A stretch of DNA of 64,000 bases from Acidimicrobiia bacterium (GTDB taxonomy: Bacteria > Actinomycetota > Acidimicrobiia > Spongiisociales > UBA11373). The notes beneath the pieces were generated by a model. The model had not been told where the DNA came from. It was given only the letters and a program-made list of their open reading frames with translations, and ran no database searches. The position numbers and the translations under genes are program-made. Every line of letters begins with the position of its first letter. Within the stretch, counting starts at the first letter, position 1. Of this stretch, positions 21,198 to 30,438 are shown piece after piece. The DNA lies in the NCBI GenBank assembly GCA_030584185.1, contig CP129495.1, positions 1,469,469 to 1,533,468 of the forward strand, written 5' to 3'.

Positions 21198-22465
21198 TTG
21201 ACCTCGGCGGCGGCGCGTTCGTCGGCTGCGGGGAGCGTGAAGCAGAACCGGGCACCGATGGGAAACCCGGGCTCGTACCAGACCTCGCCACCCATCGCCT
21301 CCACGAGGTGCTTCACCACGGACAGTCCCAGCCCGAACCCCGAGGCCAGGCGGGTGTGACCGCTCGGAACCTGCTCGAACCGCCCGAAGATGCGCTCTCG
21401 GTACTCGATCGGGACGCCGGGACCGTCGTCGGCGACCACGACCAGCCACTGGTCTTCGCGCCGTTCGGCCTCGACGGACACCCGATCGCCACCGTACTTG
21501 CGAGCGTTCTCCAGGAGGTTTCTCAGCACCTGTTCGACACGGTTGGGATCGGCGTTCACCCAGACGCTGCCTCCGATCGACACGGTCGCCGATCGTTCGC
21601 CTCCCGCCGGGAAGAGCAGGTCGGCGATCCGGTAGGCGGCAGGCTGCAGCGGGAAGGCGGTGATGTCGACCAGGAGCCGTCCCGCCTCCAGACGTGGGAT
21701 GGCGAGCACGTCGTCCACCAGCTTGCTGAGGTGCTCGGACTCGGTGACGATGATCTGTAGGAACTCCTCCGCTTCGGCCGGGTCCAGGTCCCGCCAGGTG
21801 TCGCTGAGCGTCATGGCGAAACCTGCGATGTTGGTGAGTGGGGTGCGCAGTTCGTGGGTGACCATCGACACGAACTCGTTCTTCATGTCCGAGGCGCGGC
21901 GTTCCGCAGCCACAGCATCCTCCTGGCGGTGTCGTGCTGCCGCCACCGCCGCCGCCGCCGCCGACAGGGAGAGCATCATGCCGGCCAGGAAGATGAGGAC
22001 AGCACCCCAGATCTCGGGCCCGGCCTCGGAAGCGGCGGGACCCGCCTCGGGGATGTCGAAGAGTTGACGGGCCAACAGGGCTGTGACGAGCGTGCCGATT
22101 GAGGCAAGCAGGGAACGCACTCCGGCGAAGGTCACCGATGCGGTGATCAGATAGGCGGCGGCGGCGACGAGCACCACGTGCAGGCGGTCGTCGAGCCCTA
22201 CGGCGAACGCGATCACGGCGGCATCGATGACCAGTGATTCGGTGATCGACCCGGCGCGACGCCCTCTGAGAAGGGCGTGGAGTAGCGAGACCGAGGCGGC
22301 TGCCGCTGCAATCCAGGCGTGGGGGGCACCCGAGGTCTGGGCGAAGACGGCGACGAGCGCCAGCAGCCCCGCCCCGACGATGCGAATCCGCTGGAACAGC
22401 GGGCGCAGCGAGGAGTAGTCGACGGCAGCGCCGAGACGCCTGAACGGATGTTCCCGTGTGGCCAC
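21194..22465 (-). CDS. Membrane-integral sensor histidine kinase (orphan)
   Basis: It has about five N-terminal TM helices, an H-box (MVTHELRTPLTNI), and N/G boxes (LLENARKYGG, DDGPGVP, GFGLGLSVVKHLV). There is no adjacent DNA-binding response regulator. Confidence 0.85.
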   Translation of the reverse strand: MATREHPFRRLGAAVDYSSLRPLFQRIRIVGAGLLALVAVFAQTSGAPHAWIAAAAASVSLLHALLRGRRAGSITESLVIDAAVIAFAVGLDDRLHVVLVAAAAYLITASVTFAGVRSLLASIGTLVTALLARQLFDIPEAGPAASEAGPEIWGAVLIFLAGMMLSLSAAAAAVAAARHRQEDAVAAERRASDMKNEFVSMVTHELRTPLTNIAGFAMTLSDTWRDLDPAEAEEFLQIIVTESEHLSKLVDDVLAIPRLEAGRLLVDITAFPLQPAAYRIADLLFPAGGERSATVSIGGSVWVNADPNRVEQVLRNLLENARKYGGDRVSVEAERREDQWLVVVADDGPGVPIEYRERIFGRFEQVPSGHTRLASGFGLGLSVVKHLVEAMGGEVWYEPGFPIGARFCFTLPAADERAAAEVN

Positions 22466-22519
22466 GTCTGTACATCGGAAGGCTTTGCCGCCCGCCTTAG
22501 GAGAGCATGGCGGGAATGG

Positions 22520-23437
22520 TTACTCCTGGGGAGTAGTGCGCCTGAGGAGGTCGCGTAGTGCCGGTGCGGCCCGAGTGAGGAAGAGGCGGCGGAAGTCGGT
22601 CTGGGGCGAGACGTCCAGCCTGGCGAACCGTTGTAGGTCGCCTTCTGAACGTACGAAGGCGACACCCGGATCTTCGGTGAGCCAGGTCTGGTAGAAGGAC
22701 CGGTTCTTGTGGTAGCTCACCGGAAGCAGTGCTGTCGGTTTTCCCATCATCGCCGCCACGACTGCTCCGTGAAGCCGGTCGCTGACGACACTTCGAAAAG
22801 GAGCGATCCGAGCCACAACACCTTCGAGGTCCTCTTCGAGGGTGACGTCGTGTTGGACTCCATTCGGAGTCAATGCGTGGTCGACGCGTTCCAGACAGGA
22901 CCCCGGCGTGCGCAGAATCCAGAGACTCTGCTCTCCGCCATGGGCTCTCGGGATCAGATCGGTGGCGAAGAATGCAGCATCCGGCACCAGTGCCGTCCGC
23001 ACTCCCGCTCTGGCCAGCAGGCGCTCCGAGACGCGGTCGCGCGCCCACACTGTCACCCTCCCATCCACCAGTGCCGGCTCCGGGGCTCTTGCCGACTGCG
23101 GCATCACCAGGAATGCTCGTGCCGCTGCGGCGTGCCCTATGACCGCCTGCCGGAGGCGTTCGCTCTCCGCGTAAATGCCGATGTTCCCGCCGCCACTGAA
23201 CACCACCAGGCCAGGGAAGCGCTCCAGGGCCTCGCCCACCGCCTCCAGGTCGCCAGCCACCGCCGCCGTCTCGAGGGTGCCGTCTGAGTTCCAGATGTCG
23301 AGTCCGGCGGCTCTGAGGAATCGCAGGCAGGCGGTCCGGATGAGATCGTCACCCGTGTTGCCTCCGGACGCCCCCAGCAGGATGGCATCGTGAAGCCTGG
23401 TCGGGACCGGTCCTCTCGCAAGGGCGGGAGTGGTCAC
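22520..23437 (-). CDS. Polysaccharide pyruvyl transferase family protein (CsaB/WcaK-like)
   Basis: The motifs AILLGASGGNTGDDLI and DRLHGAVVAAMMGKPT are typical of PF04230. I chose GTG at 23437, which forms a GTGA overlap with the upstream gene stop. Confidence 0.7.
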   Translation of the reverse strand: MTTPALARGPVPTRLHDAILLGASGGNTGDDLIRTACLRFLRAAGLDIWNSDGTLETAAVAGDLEAVGEALERFPGLVVFSGGGNIGIYAESERLRQAVIGHAAAARAFLVMPQSARAPEPALVDGRVTVWARDRVSERLLARAGVRTALVPDAAFFATDLIPRAHGGEQSLWILRTPGSCLERVDHALTPNGVQHDVTLEEDLEGVVARIAPFRSVVSDRLHGAVVAAMMGKPTALLPVSYHKNRSFYQTWLTEDPGVAFVRSEGDLQRFARLDVSPQTDFRRLFLTRAAPALRDLLRRTTPQE

Positions 23438-24711
23438 CGTCGCCGCCGGCGGAACCTGGCCCCCAGCCTTCCTGGGAGTCGGCGCAGAGTCTGCCCGGTG
23501 AGCCAGCGGGCGTGGTGCGCCCACATGGTGTCGAAGATTCGTTCGCGGTTGGGAAGTAGGAACTCGTGCCCGTCCTCGGCTTCAAGCAAGCCATTCAGGT
23601 CCACCGTGAGGCGGGACTTCGCCGAGGAAGACTCGTACGCGTCGACGCATCGTCTCATCGCCGGGATCAGTTCGTGTTCGATCGAACGCTCGGCAGCGAA
23701 GGCCAGAGCGTCGCGCCAGTGATCTACCGTGACTTCGTTCAGTTCGGTTCTCAAGACTTCGTCGACACCGATCGGGGACTGCAGCGTCGGGCATCTGTCC
23801 AGTGCCCCGACGAGTGCCAGCGCGATCCTGGTTCGGATGCACTTCTCGCATCGATTGCAGTTGAACTCACCGTTCGGGTTTCTCCAACACACCCGCAGGT
23901 GATCGAGGGCAACCTGGTGGTCGCCGAGTGCCGTCGCGCGGTCGATCCGACGTGATCCCCATCCGATCGGTTCGATGGCGACCCGATCTGACCCGAACAA
24001 TGGTGATGTCAGGGGATGTCCACCCCACGGGTACAGGTTCCGGTAGCTTCGGTCGGCGGTCGCCAACAACAATGTGATGCCGTCGCTGGCGACGTGGGCC
24101 ACCGCTGCCGGCGCCATCAGGTGGTACTGAGTCGCCCAGTCTGCCCAGGGCTCCGAGAACTGGCGTACGTTGGTGTCTGCCAACGCCAGCGGAAGGGAGA
24201 GTTCGGCGGCTGCCGAGGATAGATGCCCGATCACCGAGTCGATCAGTGCCTGATCCTGCTCGAGCATGTCCATGGCGCGGATGTAGAGGAGGCCGGTAAG
24301 GCGCGGCGCCTCGGTGATCGCCGTGTGAAAAGAGTCAACTCCGCCGCTGAAGAGGGCAAAGGTCGACTCCGGTCTATCGGCTGCGGGGGGCAGGTGCTCG
24401 GCCACGATCTCGACCGGTCTGAGGGTCGGGAACCAGCATGTATAGATCTGTTGTAGGCGATGGATGTTCTCGACCAGAGACGGTGACACGGGAGTCTCGG
24501 AGACCAGGCGGCTTGCCGTGGCCATCGCCGGCACCAGCGAAGCGAGGAGAAAACCGTCCCCGGGAGATTCCCGGCTGGCAAGCTCCCCGGGAACCTGAAA
24601 CCAGAGCCTGCGTGGCTCACCTGCGATATCGATGGGGGCTTCGAAGCGAACTTGATCGTCGCCGTCGAATCGGCTTGGTACACGACAGACGACTTCCTCC
24701 ACGGCGTTCAT
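23434..24711 (-). CDS. QueC-like PP-loop ATP pyrophosphatase with a C-terminal Zn-ribbon, plus N- and C-terminal extensions
   Basis: It has the internal start MNAVEEVV, with an ATGA overlap with the PHP gene stop. The PP-loop is ALFSGGVDSF. The Cys cluster CWRNPNGEFNCNRCEKC (C-x9-C-x2-C-x2-C) matches the QueC zinc site. At ~425 aa it is much longer than QueC (~220 aa). Confidence 0.65.
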   Translation of the reverse strand: MNAVEEVVCRVPSRFDGDDQVRFEAPIDIAGEPRRLWFQVPGELASRESPGDGFLLASLVPAMATASRLVSETPVSPSLVENIHRLQQIYTCWFPTLRPVEIVAEHLPPAADRPESTFALFSGGVDSFHTAITEAPRLTGLLYIRAMDMLEQDQALIDSVIGHLSSAAAELSLPLALADTNVRQFSEPWADWATQYHLMAPAAVAHVASDGITLLLATADRSYRNLYPWGGHPLTSPLFGSDRVAIEPIGWGSRRIDRATALGDHQVALDHLRVCWRNPNGEFNCNRCEKCIRTRIALALVGALDRCPTLQSPIGVDEVLRTELNEVTVDHWRDALAFAAERSIEHELIPAMRRCVDAYESSSAKSRLTVDLNGLLEAEDGHEFLLPNRERIFDTMWAHHARWLTGQTLRRLPGRLGARFRRRRR

Positions 24712-25547
24712 TCTGGCCGCCGCTCCTTCAAGCGGTCGAGCACCTCGTCGGGAACCACCAGGTCGCCTCGCCCCACGCCTACCTCCAGACCCGGCTTGCG
24801 CCGGCCGCCGTGGTGGTCGCTGCCCCCGCTGGGCACCAGGCCGTGTCGCTCGGCCATGGCCGCCATGGCGACGCGCTGGGCCGGGGGGTACTCCCCGTAC
24901 CAGCACTCCACCCCTGCGATTCCGGCCTCGGCGAAGGCGGCGAACGCCGATCGGAACCCGTCGGCGTCGTCCGCCACGGTGTGGGGGTGGGCGGCGACGG
25001 CGACTCCCCCGGACTCGACGATCAGGTCGACCGCCCGTCGCAGCGACCAGCGCTCCCGGTCGCGGTAGGCGGGGGCGCCGTCACCCAGCAGTGCCTCGAA
25101 CACCTCTGCGTTGGTGGAGAAGAGGCCCTTCTCGACGAGGACGTCGGCCATGTGGGGGCGTCCGATCACCCCCTTTTCCGCCCGATCTGCAACCTCGTCC
25201 ACCGTGATCGGGTAACCCATGGCGGCCAGGGCTTCGATCATGGCCACGTTGCGCATGCTGCGGAAGCGACGCACTTCGTCGAGGTGCTCGTCCAGTGCCG
25301 AGCCGGGGCCCACCCAGAGCCCGAGGAGGTGCATCTTGCGATCGCCCCACTTCACCGACAGCTCGATGCCCGGCACCAGCTCGAGCCTTCCTTCGGCGGC
25401 GGCCTCGGCCTCGGGGATCCCATCGAACAGGTCGTGATCGGTGAGTGCCATGGCACTCAGGCCCACCGTTACTGCGGCGTCCACCAGCCGTGCCGGTGGG
25501 TGGGTTCCGTCCGAGTAGAGCGAGTGGACGTGGAGGTCTATCGGCAC
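24708..25547 (-). CDS. PHP-domain phosphoesterase (TrpH/YciV-like)
   Basis: MPIDLHVHSLYSDGT...ALTDHD...HPH match the PHP metal-binding motifs. It is 279 aa. Confidence 0.85.
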   Translation of the reverse strand: MPIDLHVHSLYSDGTHPPARLVDAAVTVGLSAMALTDHDLFDGIPEAEAAAEGRLELVPGIELSVKWGDRKMHLLGLWVGPGSALDEHLDEVRRFRSMRNVAMIEALAAMGYPITVDEVADRAEKGVIGRPHMADVLVEKGLFSTNAEVFEALLGDGAPAYRDRERWSLRRAVDLIVESGGVAVAAHPHTVADDADGFRSAFAAFAEAGIAGVECWYGEYPPAQRVAMAAMAERHGLVPSGGSDHHGGRRKPGLEVGVGRGDLVVPDEVLDRLKERRPE

Positions 25548-25563
25548 GAGCCGGGGTTCCCGC

Positions 25564-26226
25564 TCAACGATCCACCGTCACCCGCTCCAGGTACAGCGTC
25601 TGCATCGGATATGACGGTTCGGCGGAGCCGGGTCGGAACCCGAGCGGTAGCCGGGCGATCTCGTCGATGACCTCGAAGCCGCCGACCACGCTGCCGAAAA
25701 CCGAGTAGGCGGCGGGGAGGTCGGTGTCGCCGAGGACGATGAAGAACTGGCTTCCGGAAGTTCCCGGCCCGGCGTTGGCCATCGCCACCACTCCGGCACC
25801 GTAGACGAAGCCCTCTTCGGGCAGCTCGTCGGGCAGCCGGTAGCCGGGGTCGCCCATCCCTGATGCTGTGGGATCCCCGGCCTGGATGACGAAGCCGGGC
25901 AGGATGCGGTGGGCGGCGGTTCCGTCGAAGTAGCCCTGCTCGGCGAGGAACACGAACGAGTTGACCGTCGCCGGCGCCAGGTCGGAGTCGAGCAGCAGCT
26001 CGATCTCACCGCAGGAGGTCTCCAGGGTCACCGCCACGGTGCCGGTGAGGCCCAGCGCTTCGGGTGCGGTGAAGGACATCTGGCGTGCCGGTTCCGGTCT
26101 CTCGGCCCCGCAGGCGGTGGGCTGGTCGCGAAACGCCCGATACTCGGGGGTGTCGACGGTGGGGGCGTCGTCGCCGCAGGCGACGATCGCCAAGGCGAAT
26201 GCGATGAGGGCGGCTCTGGTCTTCAC
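25564..26226 (-). CDS. Cyclophilin-type peptidyl-prolyl cis-trans isomerase, lipoprotein
   Basis: It has a lipobox ([10 protein letters not shown]) and the cyclophilin core ([15 protein letters not shown]...[15 protein letters not shown]). Confidence 0.9.
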   Translation of the reverse strand: MKTRAALIAFALAIVACGDDAPTVDTPEYRAFRDQPTACGAERPEPARQMSFTAPEALGLTGTVAVTLETSCGEIELLLDSDLAPATVNSFVFLAEQGYFDGTAAHRILPGFVIQAGDPTASGMGDPGYRLPDELPEEGFVYGAGVVAMANAGPGTSGSQFFIVLGDTDLPAAYSVFGSVVGGFEVIDEIARLPLGFRPGSAEPSYPMQTLYLERVTVDR

Positions 26227-26310
26227 GCGCCCGATGGTATCCCGTCACCGTGTCAGGGAGATCACGGTGCGGGCCAAGGGCTTGTCGCCCCCACTCCTAC
26301 ACTCGGCGCC

Positions 26311-27534
26311 ATGGCTCTCGTCGTGCAGAAGTACGGCGGCACCTCCGTGGGCGACGCCGATCGGATACGCGCCGTCGCCAAGCGGGTGGCGGCGCGCAGG
26401 CAGGCGGGCGACGACGTGGTCGTGATCGTCTCGGCGATGGGCCATACCACCGACGAACTGGTACGGCTCTCCGGCGAGGTGAGTCCCGCCCATCACCCAC
26501 GGGAGATGGACATGCTGCTCACCGCCGGCGAACGGATCTCGATGGCGTTGCTCGCGATGGCGATCAGGGATCACGGGGTGGAGGCGATGAGCCTCACCGG
26601 GTCACAGGCCGGGATCCTCACCGACACCTCGCACGGCCACGCCAAGATTCGTGACATCAAGGCCTTTCGCGTCGAAGAGGGTCTGGCGGCGGGGAAGGTC
26701 GTCATCGTCGCCGGCTTCCAGGGCGTCTCGCCCGACACCAAGGAGATCACCACCCTGGGTCGAGGAGGCTCCGACGCCACCGCCGTGGCCATGGCGGCTG
26801 CCCTCGGCGCCGACTGCTGTGAGATCTACACCGATGTCGACGGCGTGTTCACAGCCGATCCCCGTCTCGTCCCGGAGGCCCGCAAGCTGGACGAGATCTC
26901 CTATGAGGAGATGCTGGAGCTCGCCGGGGCGGGAGCGCGGGTCCTGATGCCGAGGTCCGTAGAGTTCGGCAAGCGGTTTGGAGTCCCCATCCACGTGCGG
27001 TCGTCGTTCCATGACGGTCCGGGGACCTGGGTCAAGGAGGAGGCGATGGAGCAGGCGGTGGTGAACGGCGTTGCCCACGACGTCTCCGAGGCCAAGATCA
27101 CGGTTCGCGGGGTACCCGACACCCCCGGGGTGGCGGCAGCCGTGTTCGGGCCGCTGGCCGAGGGTGGCGTCTCGGTGGACATGATCGTGCAGAACGTCTC
27201 CAGTGGCGGAAACGCCGACATCTCGTTCACCATCCCCAGGGAGCTGATTCCGCTGGCGGTCCCCATCGCCGAGTCCACCGCCGCCGCGCTTGGGGCCGCC
27301 GGCGTCGACGTGGACGCCACCATCGGCCGGGTCTCGATCGTGGGAAGCGGGATGCGTGCCTATCCGGCGGTCGCCGCCAAGATGTTCTCCGTGCTCGCCG
27401 CCGCCGGGATCAACATCGCCATGATCTCCACCTCACCCATCAGGATCTCCTGCGTGATCGACGAGGCGGCGGTGGAAGACGCCGTTCGCTTGTTGCACGC
27501 CGCCTTCGAACCCCCCGTCGGGACCCCCGGGTGA
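26311..27534 (+). CDS. ask: Aspartokinase
   Basis: It has the internal start [13 protein letters not shown] in ORF 25909..27534, and a kinase domain followed by two ACT domains. Confidence 0.95.
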   Translation: MALVVQKYGGTSVGDADRIRAVAKRVAARRQAGDDVVVIVSAMGHTTDELVRLSGEVSPAHHPREMDMLLTAGERISMALLAMAIRDHGVEAMSLTGSQAGILTDTSHGHAKIRDIKAFRVEEGLAAGKVVIVAGFQGVSPDTKEITTLGRGGSDATAVAMAAALGADCCEIYTDVDGVFTADPRLVPEARKLDEISYEEMLELAGAGARVLMPRSVEFGKRFGVPIHVRSSFHDGPGTWVKEEAMEQAVVNGVAHDVSEAKITVRGVPDTPGVAAAVFGPLAEGGVSVDMIVQNVSSGGNADISFTIPRELIPLAVPIAESTAAALGAAGVDVDATIGRVSIVGSGMRAYPAVAAKMFSVLAAAGINIAMISTSPIRISCVIDEAAVEDAVRLLHAAFEPPVGTPG

Positions 27535-28547
27535 GCAGCCGCGTAGCCGTCGTCGGCGCCACCGGGGCGGTGGGTCGCGAGATGCTGGCCACCCTCGAGC
27601 GTCGCTCGTTTCCGGTCGGCGACCTGCGGCTGTTCGCATCGGGTCGTTCCGCCGGGTCGGTGGTTGCCACCGCCTGGGGCGACGTGGTGGTGGAGGACCT
27701 CGCCGGGGCGGACCCGTCCGGGATCGACCTGGCCCTCTTCTCGGCAGGAGGCGACCGGTCGCGGGAGCACGCTCCCCGGTTCGCAGCGGCGGGGGCGGTG
27801 GTGATCGACAACTCCTCGGCGTGGCGAAGCGATCCCCGGGTGCCTCTGGTGGTGGTCGGGGTGAACGACGCCACGGCGCACACCCACTCCGGGATCGTGG
27901 CCAACCCCAACTGCACCACGATGATCATGCTGATGGCTCTTGCCCCCCTGCACCGGGCGGCCGGCGTCACCGAGGTGGTGGCCACCTCGTATCAGGCGGT
28001 GTCGGGGTCGGGGCACAAGGGTGTCGAGACCCTGGAGAGTGAAGCCGCCCACTTCGCCGCCGAGCCCGACCGGCTGCGAACCGGGGACTGGGTGGAACCC
28101 CCGCCCGGGTTCTATCCCCGTCCCATCGGCTGGAACGTGATCCCCTTCGCCGGCGCCGCCGCCGACGGCGGCTACACCGACGAGGAGATGAAGCTGGTCT
28201 TCGAGACGCGAAAGATCCTCGCCGCCCCGGATGTCCTGGTGGAACCGACCTGTGTCCGGGTGCCGGTGGTGACCGGGCACGGGGTGGCCGTCACCGCCTG
28301 GTTCAGGCGTCCCCTGGAGCCTTCGGAAGCCGGTGGCCTCATCGCCGCTGCCCCGGGGGTCGCGTCGTGGAACGATCGCATTCCGACCCCGCTCGACGCC
28401 GCCGGCCGCGACGAGGTCCTGGTCGGCAGGGTCCGGGCGACGGTGGGCCGGCCGGGTGGGATCTCGCTGTGGGCGGTGGGCGACAACCTGCGAAAAGGGG
28501 CCGCCCTCAACGCCGTGCAGATCGCAGAGGTGCTGGCGGAAGGATGA
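27531..28547 (+). CDS. asd: Aspartate-semialdehyde dehydrogenase
   Basis: It has [11 protein letters not shown], the active-site region NPNCTTM, and a GTGA overlap with the ask stop. Confidence 0.95.
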   Translation: MSSRVAVVGATGAVGREMLATLERRSFPVGDLRLFASGRSAGSVVATAWGDVVVEDLAGADPSGIDLALFSAGGDRSREHAPRFAAAGAVVIDNSSAWRSDPRVPLVVVGVNDATAHTHSGIVANPNCTTMIMLMALAPLHRAAGVTEVVATSYQAVSGSGHKGVETLESEAAHFAAEPDRLRTGDWVEPPPGFYPRPIGWNVIPFAGAAADGGYTDEEMKLVFETRKILAAPDVLVEPTCVRVPVVTGHGVAVTAWFRRPLEPSEAGGLIAAAPGVASWNDRIPTPLDAAGRDEVLVGRVRATVGRPGGISLWAVGDNLRKGAALNAVQIAEVLAEG

Positions 28548-28579
28548 ACGCCCGGCGGAAGCCGCCGGGCGTCGTCTGC

Positions 28580-28654
28580 TGGTCGGGACGGCCGGATTCG
28601 AACCGGCGACCTCATCGTCCCGAACGATGCGCGCTACCAAGCTGCGCCACGTCC
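28580..28654 (-). tRNA. tRNA-Pro (anticodon CGG)
   Basis: The minus-strand sequence is CGGGACGTGGCGCAGCTTGGTAGCGCATCGTTCGGGACGATGAGGTCGCCGGTTCGAATCCGGCCGTCCCGACCA. It has a 7-bp acceptor stem, a GGTTCGAATCC T-arm, a TTCGGGA anticodon loop (U33, CGG) and an encoded CCA. It closely resembles E. coli proK. By my manual fold the D-stem/anticodon-stem junction is 2 nt short. Confidence 0.8.
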
Positions 28655-28717
28655 CGTCGGGAACCGGGAGTGTAGTCGGCCCGGAATCGGGCACACCGGT
28701 GCGCGACCCGGGCTCCT

Positions 28718-29968
28718 TCAGCGTGAGCGCACCACCCGAACTCGGTCGATGCGGTGCCGATCCATGACTGCGATCTCGAGGGTCAGGTCGGATACCTCCA
28801 CCAGATCGCCCACCGAAGGGATGCTCCCCATCCGGTCGAGGATGAGGCCCGCCACGGTCGTGTATTCGCCCTGGGGCAGCTGGATTCCGATCGCCTCGGA
28901 GGCGTCGGCGATCGGCGTCCTCCCATCGATGAACCACTCGCCGGGCCCCACCGCCACCACCCCCGGCTCGTCCTCGTCGTACTCGTCCTGGAGCTCGCCG
29001 ATCAGCTCCGAGACCAGATCCTTCATGGTTATGACTCCCTCGATCCCCCCGTGCTCGTCGGTGACGACGGTGAGCGTGAGGCGGTGATCGCGCATCTGGC
29101 CCAACAGGTCGAGAACCGAGTTCGACTCGGGCACGTACACCGGCTGCCTGATCACCCGGTGGATCTCGCTGGCCGACGGGTTGGCCGACAACCCGATCAG
29201 ATCCTTCACATAGAGAACCCCGACCATGTGATCGAGGTCGTCCTTGATCACCGGAAAGCGGCTGTGCCCGGTGGCGGCGACTGCGGCTCTCACGGCATCG
29301 ATGGTGACCGGCGACTGCAGGGCGTGGATCTCGGTGCGCGGCGTCATCACGTCCCGCGCGGTTCGATCGGCCAACCCGAAGACGGAGTGGATCATCTCCC
29401 TCTCGGGCGTCGCGATGTCTCCGGTCCGCTCGCCGAGCGAAGCCATGGCCCGGATGTCGTCCTCGGTGACGGCGTTGCGCGCCTGGCCGGGACCAGCCCG
29501 AAACAGGCGCAGCAGGCCGCGGGCGACGGCCAGGAAGAACCGGCTCACCGGGGCGATCAGCCTCGAGAGCCCGAAGATGAACGGCGCCACCATCAGGGCG
29601 TAGCGCTCGGGGTACCTGGTGGCGAGGGTCTTGGGAGTGATCTCCCCGAACACCAGGATCACGGCGGTGAGGGACCCGGTGGCCACCCACGGCCCCCAGT
29701 CCTCGCCGAGTAGGTCCACGAACAAGACCGTGGCAACCGAGGCGGCGAGGATGTTCACGAAGTTGTTCGCCACCAGCAGCGTGCTCAGCATCCGGTCTGG
29801 TTCGGCGAGCAGGCCTTCGACCAGGCGGGCTCGTCGGTCCCCGTCGCGAAGCTTGTGCACCCGTTCGCGCGGCACCGAGATGAGAGCGGTCTCCGACCCC
29901 GAGAAGAACCCGGAGAGGACCACGCATGCGGCCAGCACCACCAGGTAGGTCGTTTGCAGACCTGTCAA
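28718..29968 (-). CDS. CNNM/CorC-HlyC family transporter (DUF21 + CBS pair + CorC_HlyC)
   Basis: It has a DUF21 N-terminus (SGFFSGSETAL), CBS domains and a C-terminal transporter-associated domain. I chose TTG at 29968 to avoid an overlap with the upstream receiver gene, so the start is uncertain. Confidence 0.8.
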   Translation of the reverse strand: MTGLQTTYLVVLAACVVLSGFFSGSETALISVPRERVHKLRDGDRRARLVEGLLAEPDRMLSTLLVANNFVNILAASVATVLFVDLLGEDWGPWVATGSLTAVILVFGEITPKTLATRYPERYALMVAPFIFGLSRLIAPVSRFFLAVARGLLRLFRAGPGQARNAVTEDDIRAMASLGERTGDIATPEREMIHSVFGLADRTARDVMTPRTEIHALQSPVTIDAVRAAVAATGHSRFPVIKDDLDHMVGVLYVKDLIGLSANPSASEIHRVIRQPVYVPESNSVLDLLGQMRDHRLTLTVVTDEHGGIEGVITMKDLVSELIGELQDEYDEDEPGVVAVGPGEWFIDGRTPIADASEAIGIQLPQGEYTTVAGLILDRMGSIPSVGDLVEVSDLTLEIAVMDRHRIDRVRVVRSR

Positions 29969-30014
29969 GACCCACCCCTCCGGGTGTTCGTACTCGGAGG
30001 TTCTCCCCGGTCGG

Positions 30015-30380
30015 TCATCGGAGCACCTGGTCGATGGCGTGACGGAGGTCGGCGGCCCCGAAAGGCTTGCGAATCCAGCCCTCGGCGCCAGATCGCCCTG
30101 CCAGGAAGGCGTCGGCATCGCGATCGAGCAGAAGGATCACCGGCGGCGGCTGCTGGTCCTTGCCGGCAAAGGCGTCACGGATCGCCCTGGTCACGGCCAT
30201 CCCTCCCATCGAGCCGACCTGCATGTCGACGAGGACGGCGTCCGGAGAGGTGTCTTCGACCGTTGCCGCAGCCGAGCGAGGATCAGCCTGAGCGGCGATC
30301 CGGAAGCGCCCGTCGCCGAGGGCGGCCGCGACGTCGGTGACCACCCACGGCTCGTCGGCAACCACCAGGATGTCGGTCAT
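30015..30380 (-). CDS. Single-domain response regulator (receiver only, CheY-like)
   Basis: MTDILVVADEP...DAVLVDMQVGSMGG...KP is a receiver fold with its phospho-acceptor Asp, about 121 aa, and no output domain. Confidence 0.8.
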   Translation of the reverse strand: MTDILVVADEPWVVTDVAAALGDGRFRIAAQADPRSAAATVEDTSPDAVLVDMQVGSMGGMAVTRAIRDAFAGKDQQPPPVILLLDRDADAFLAGRSGAEGWIRKPFGAADLRHAIDQVLR

Positions 30381-30438
30381 GCCGGCAGGGTAGTGGCCGC
30401 CGCATCCGTGCCGACACCCCCTTCCTAACATCTCGGAG

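Noticed and set aside
27360-29975. 871-aa minus-strand ORF covering ask/asd antisense plus the CorC gene
   Set aside because: Only the 28718..29968 portion (CorC) is supported by domain content. The rest is antisense to ask-asd and runs across the tRNA-Pro.
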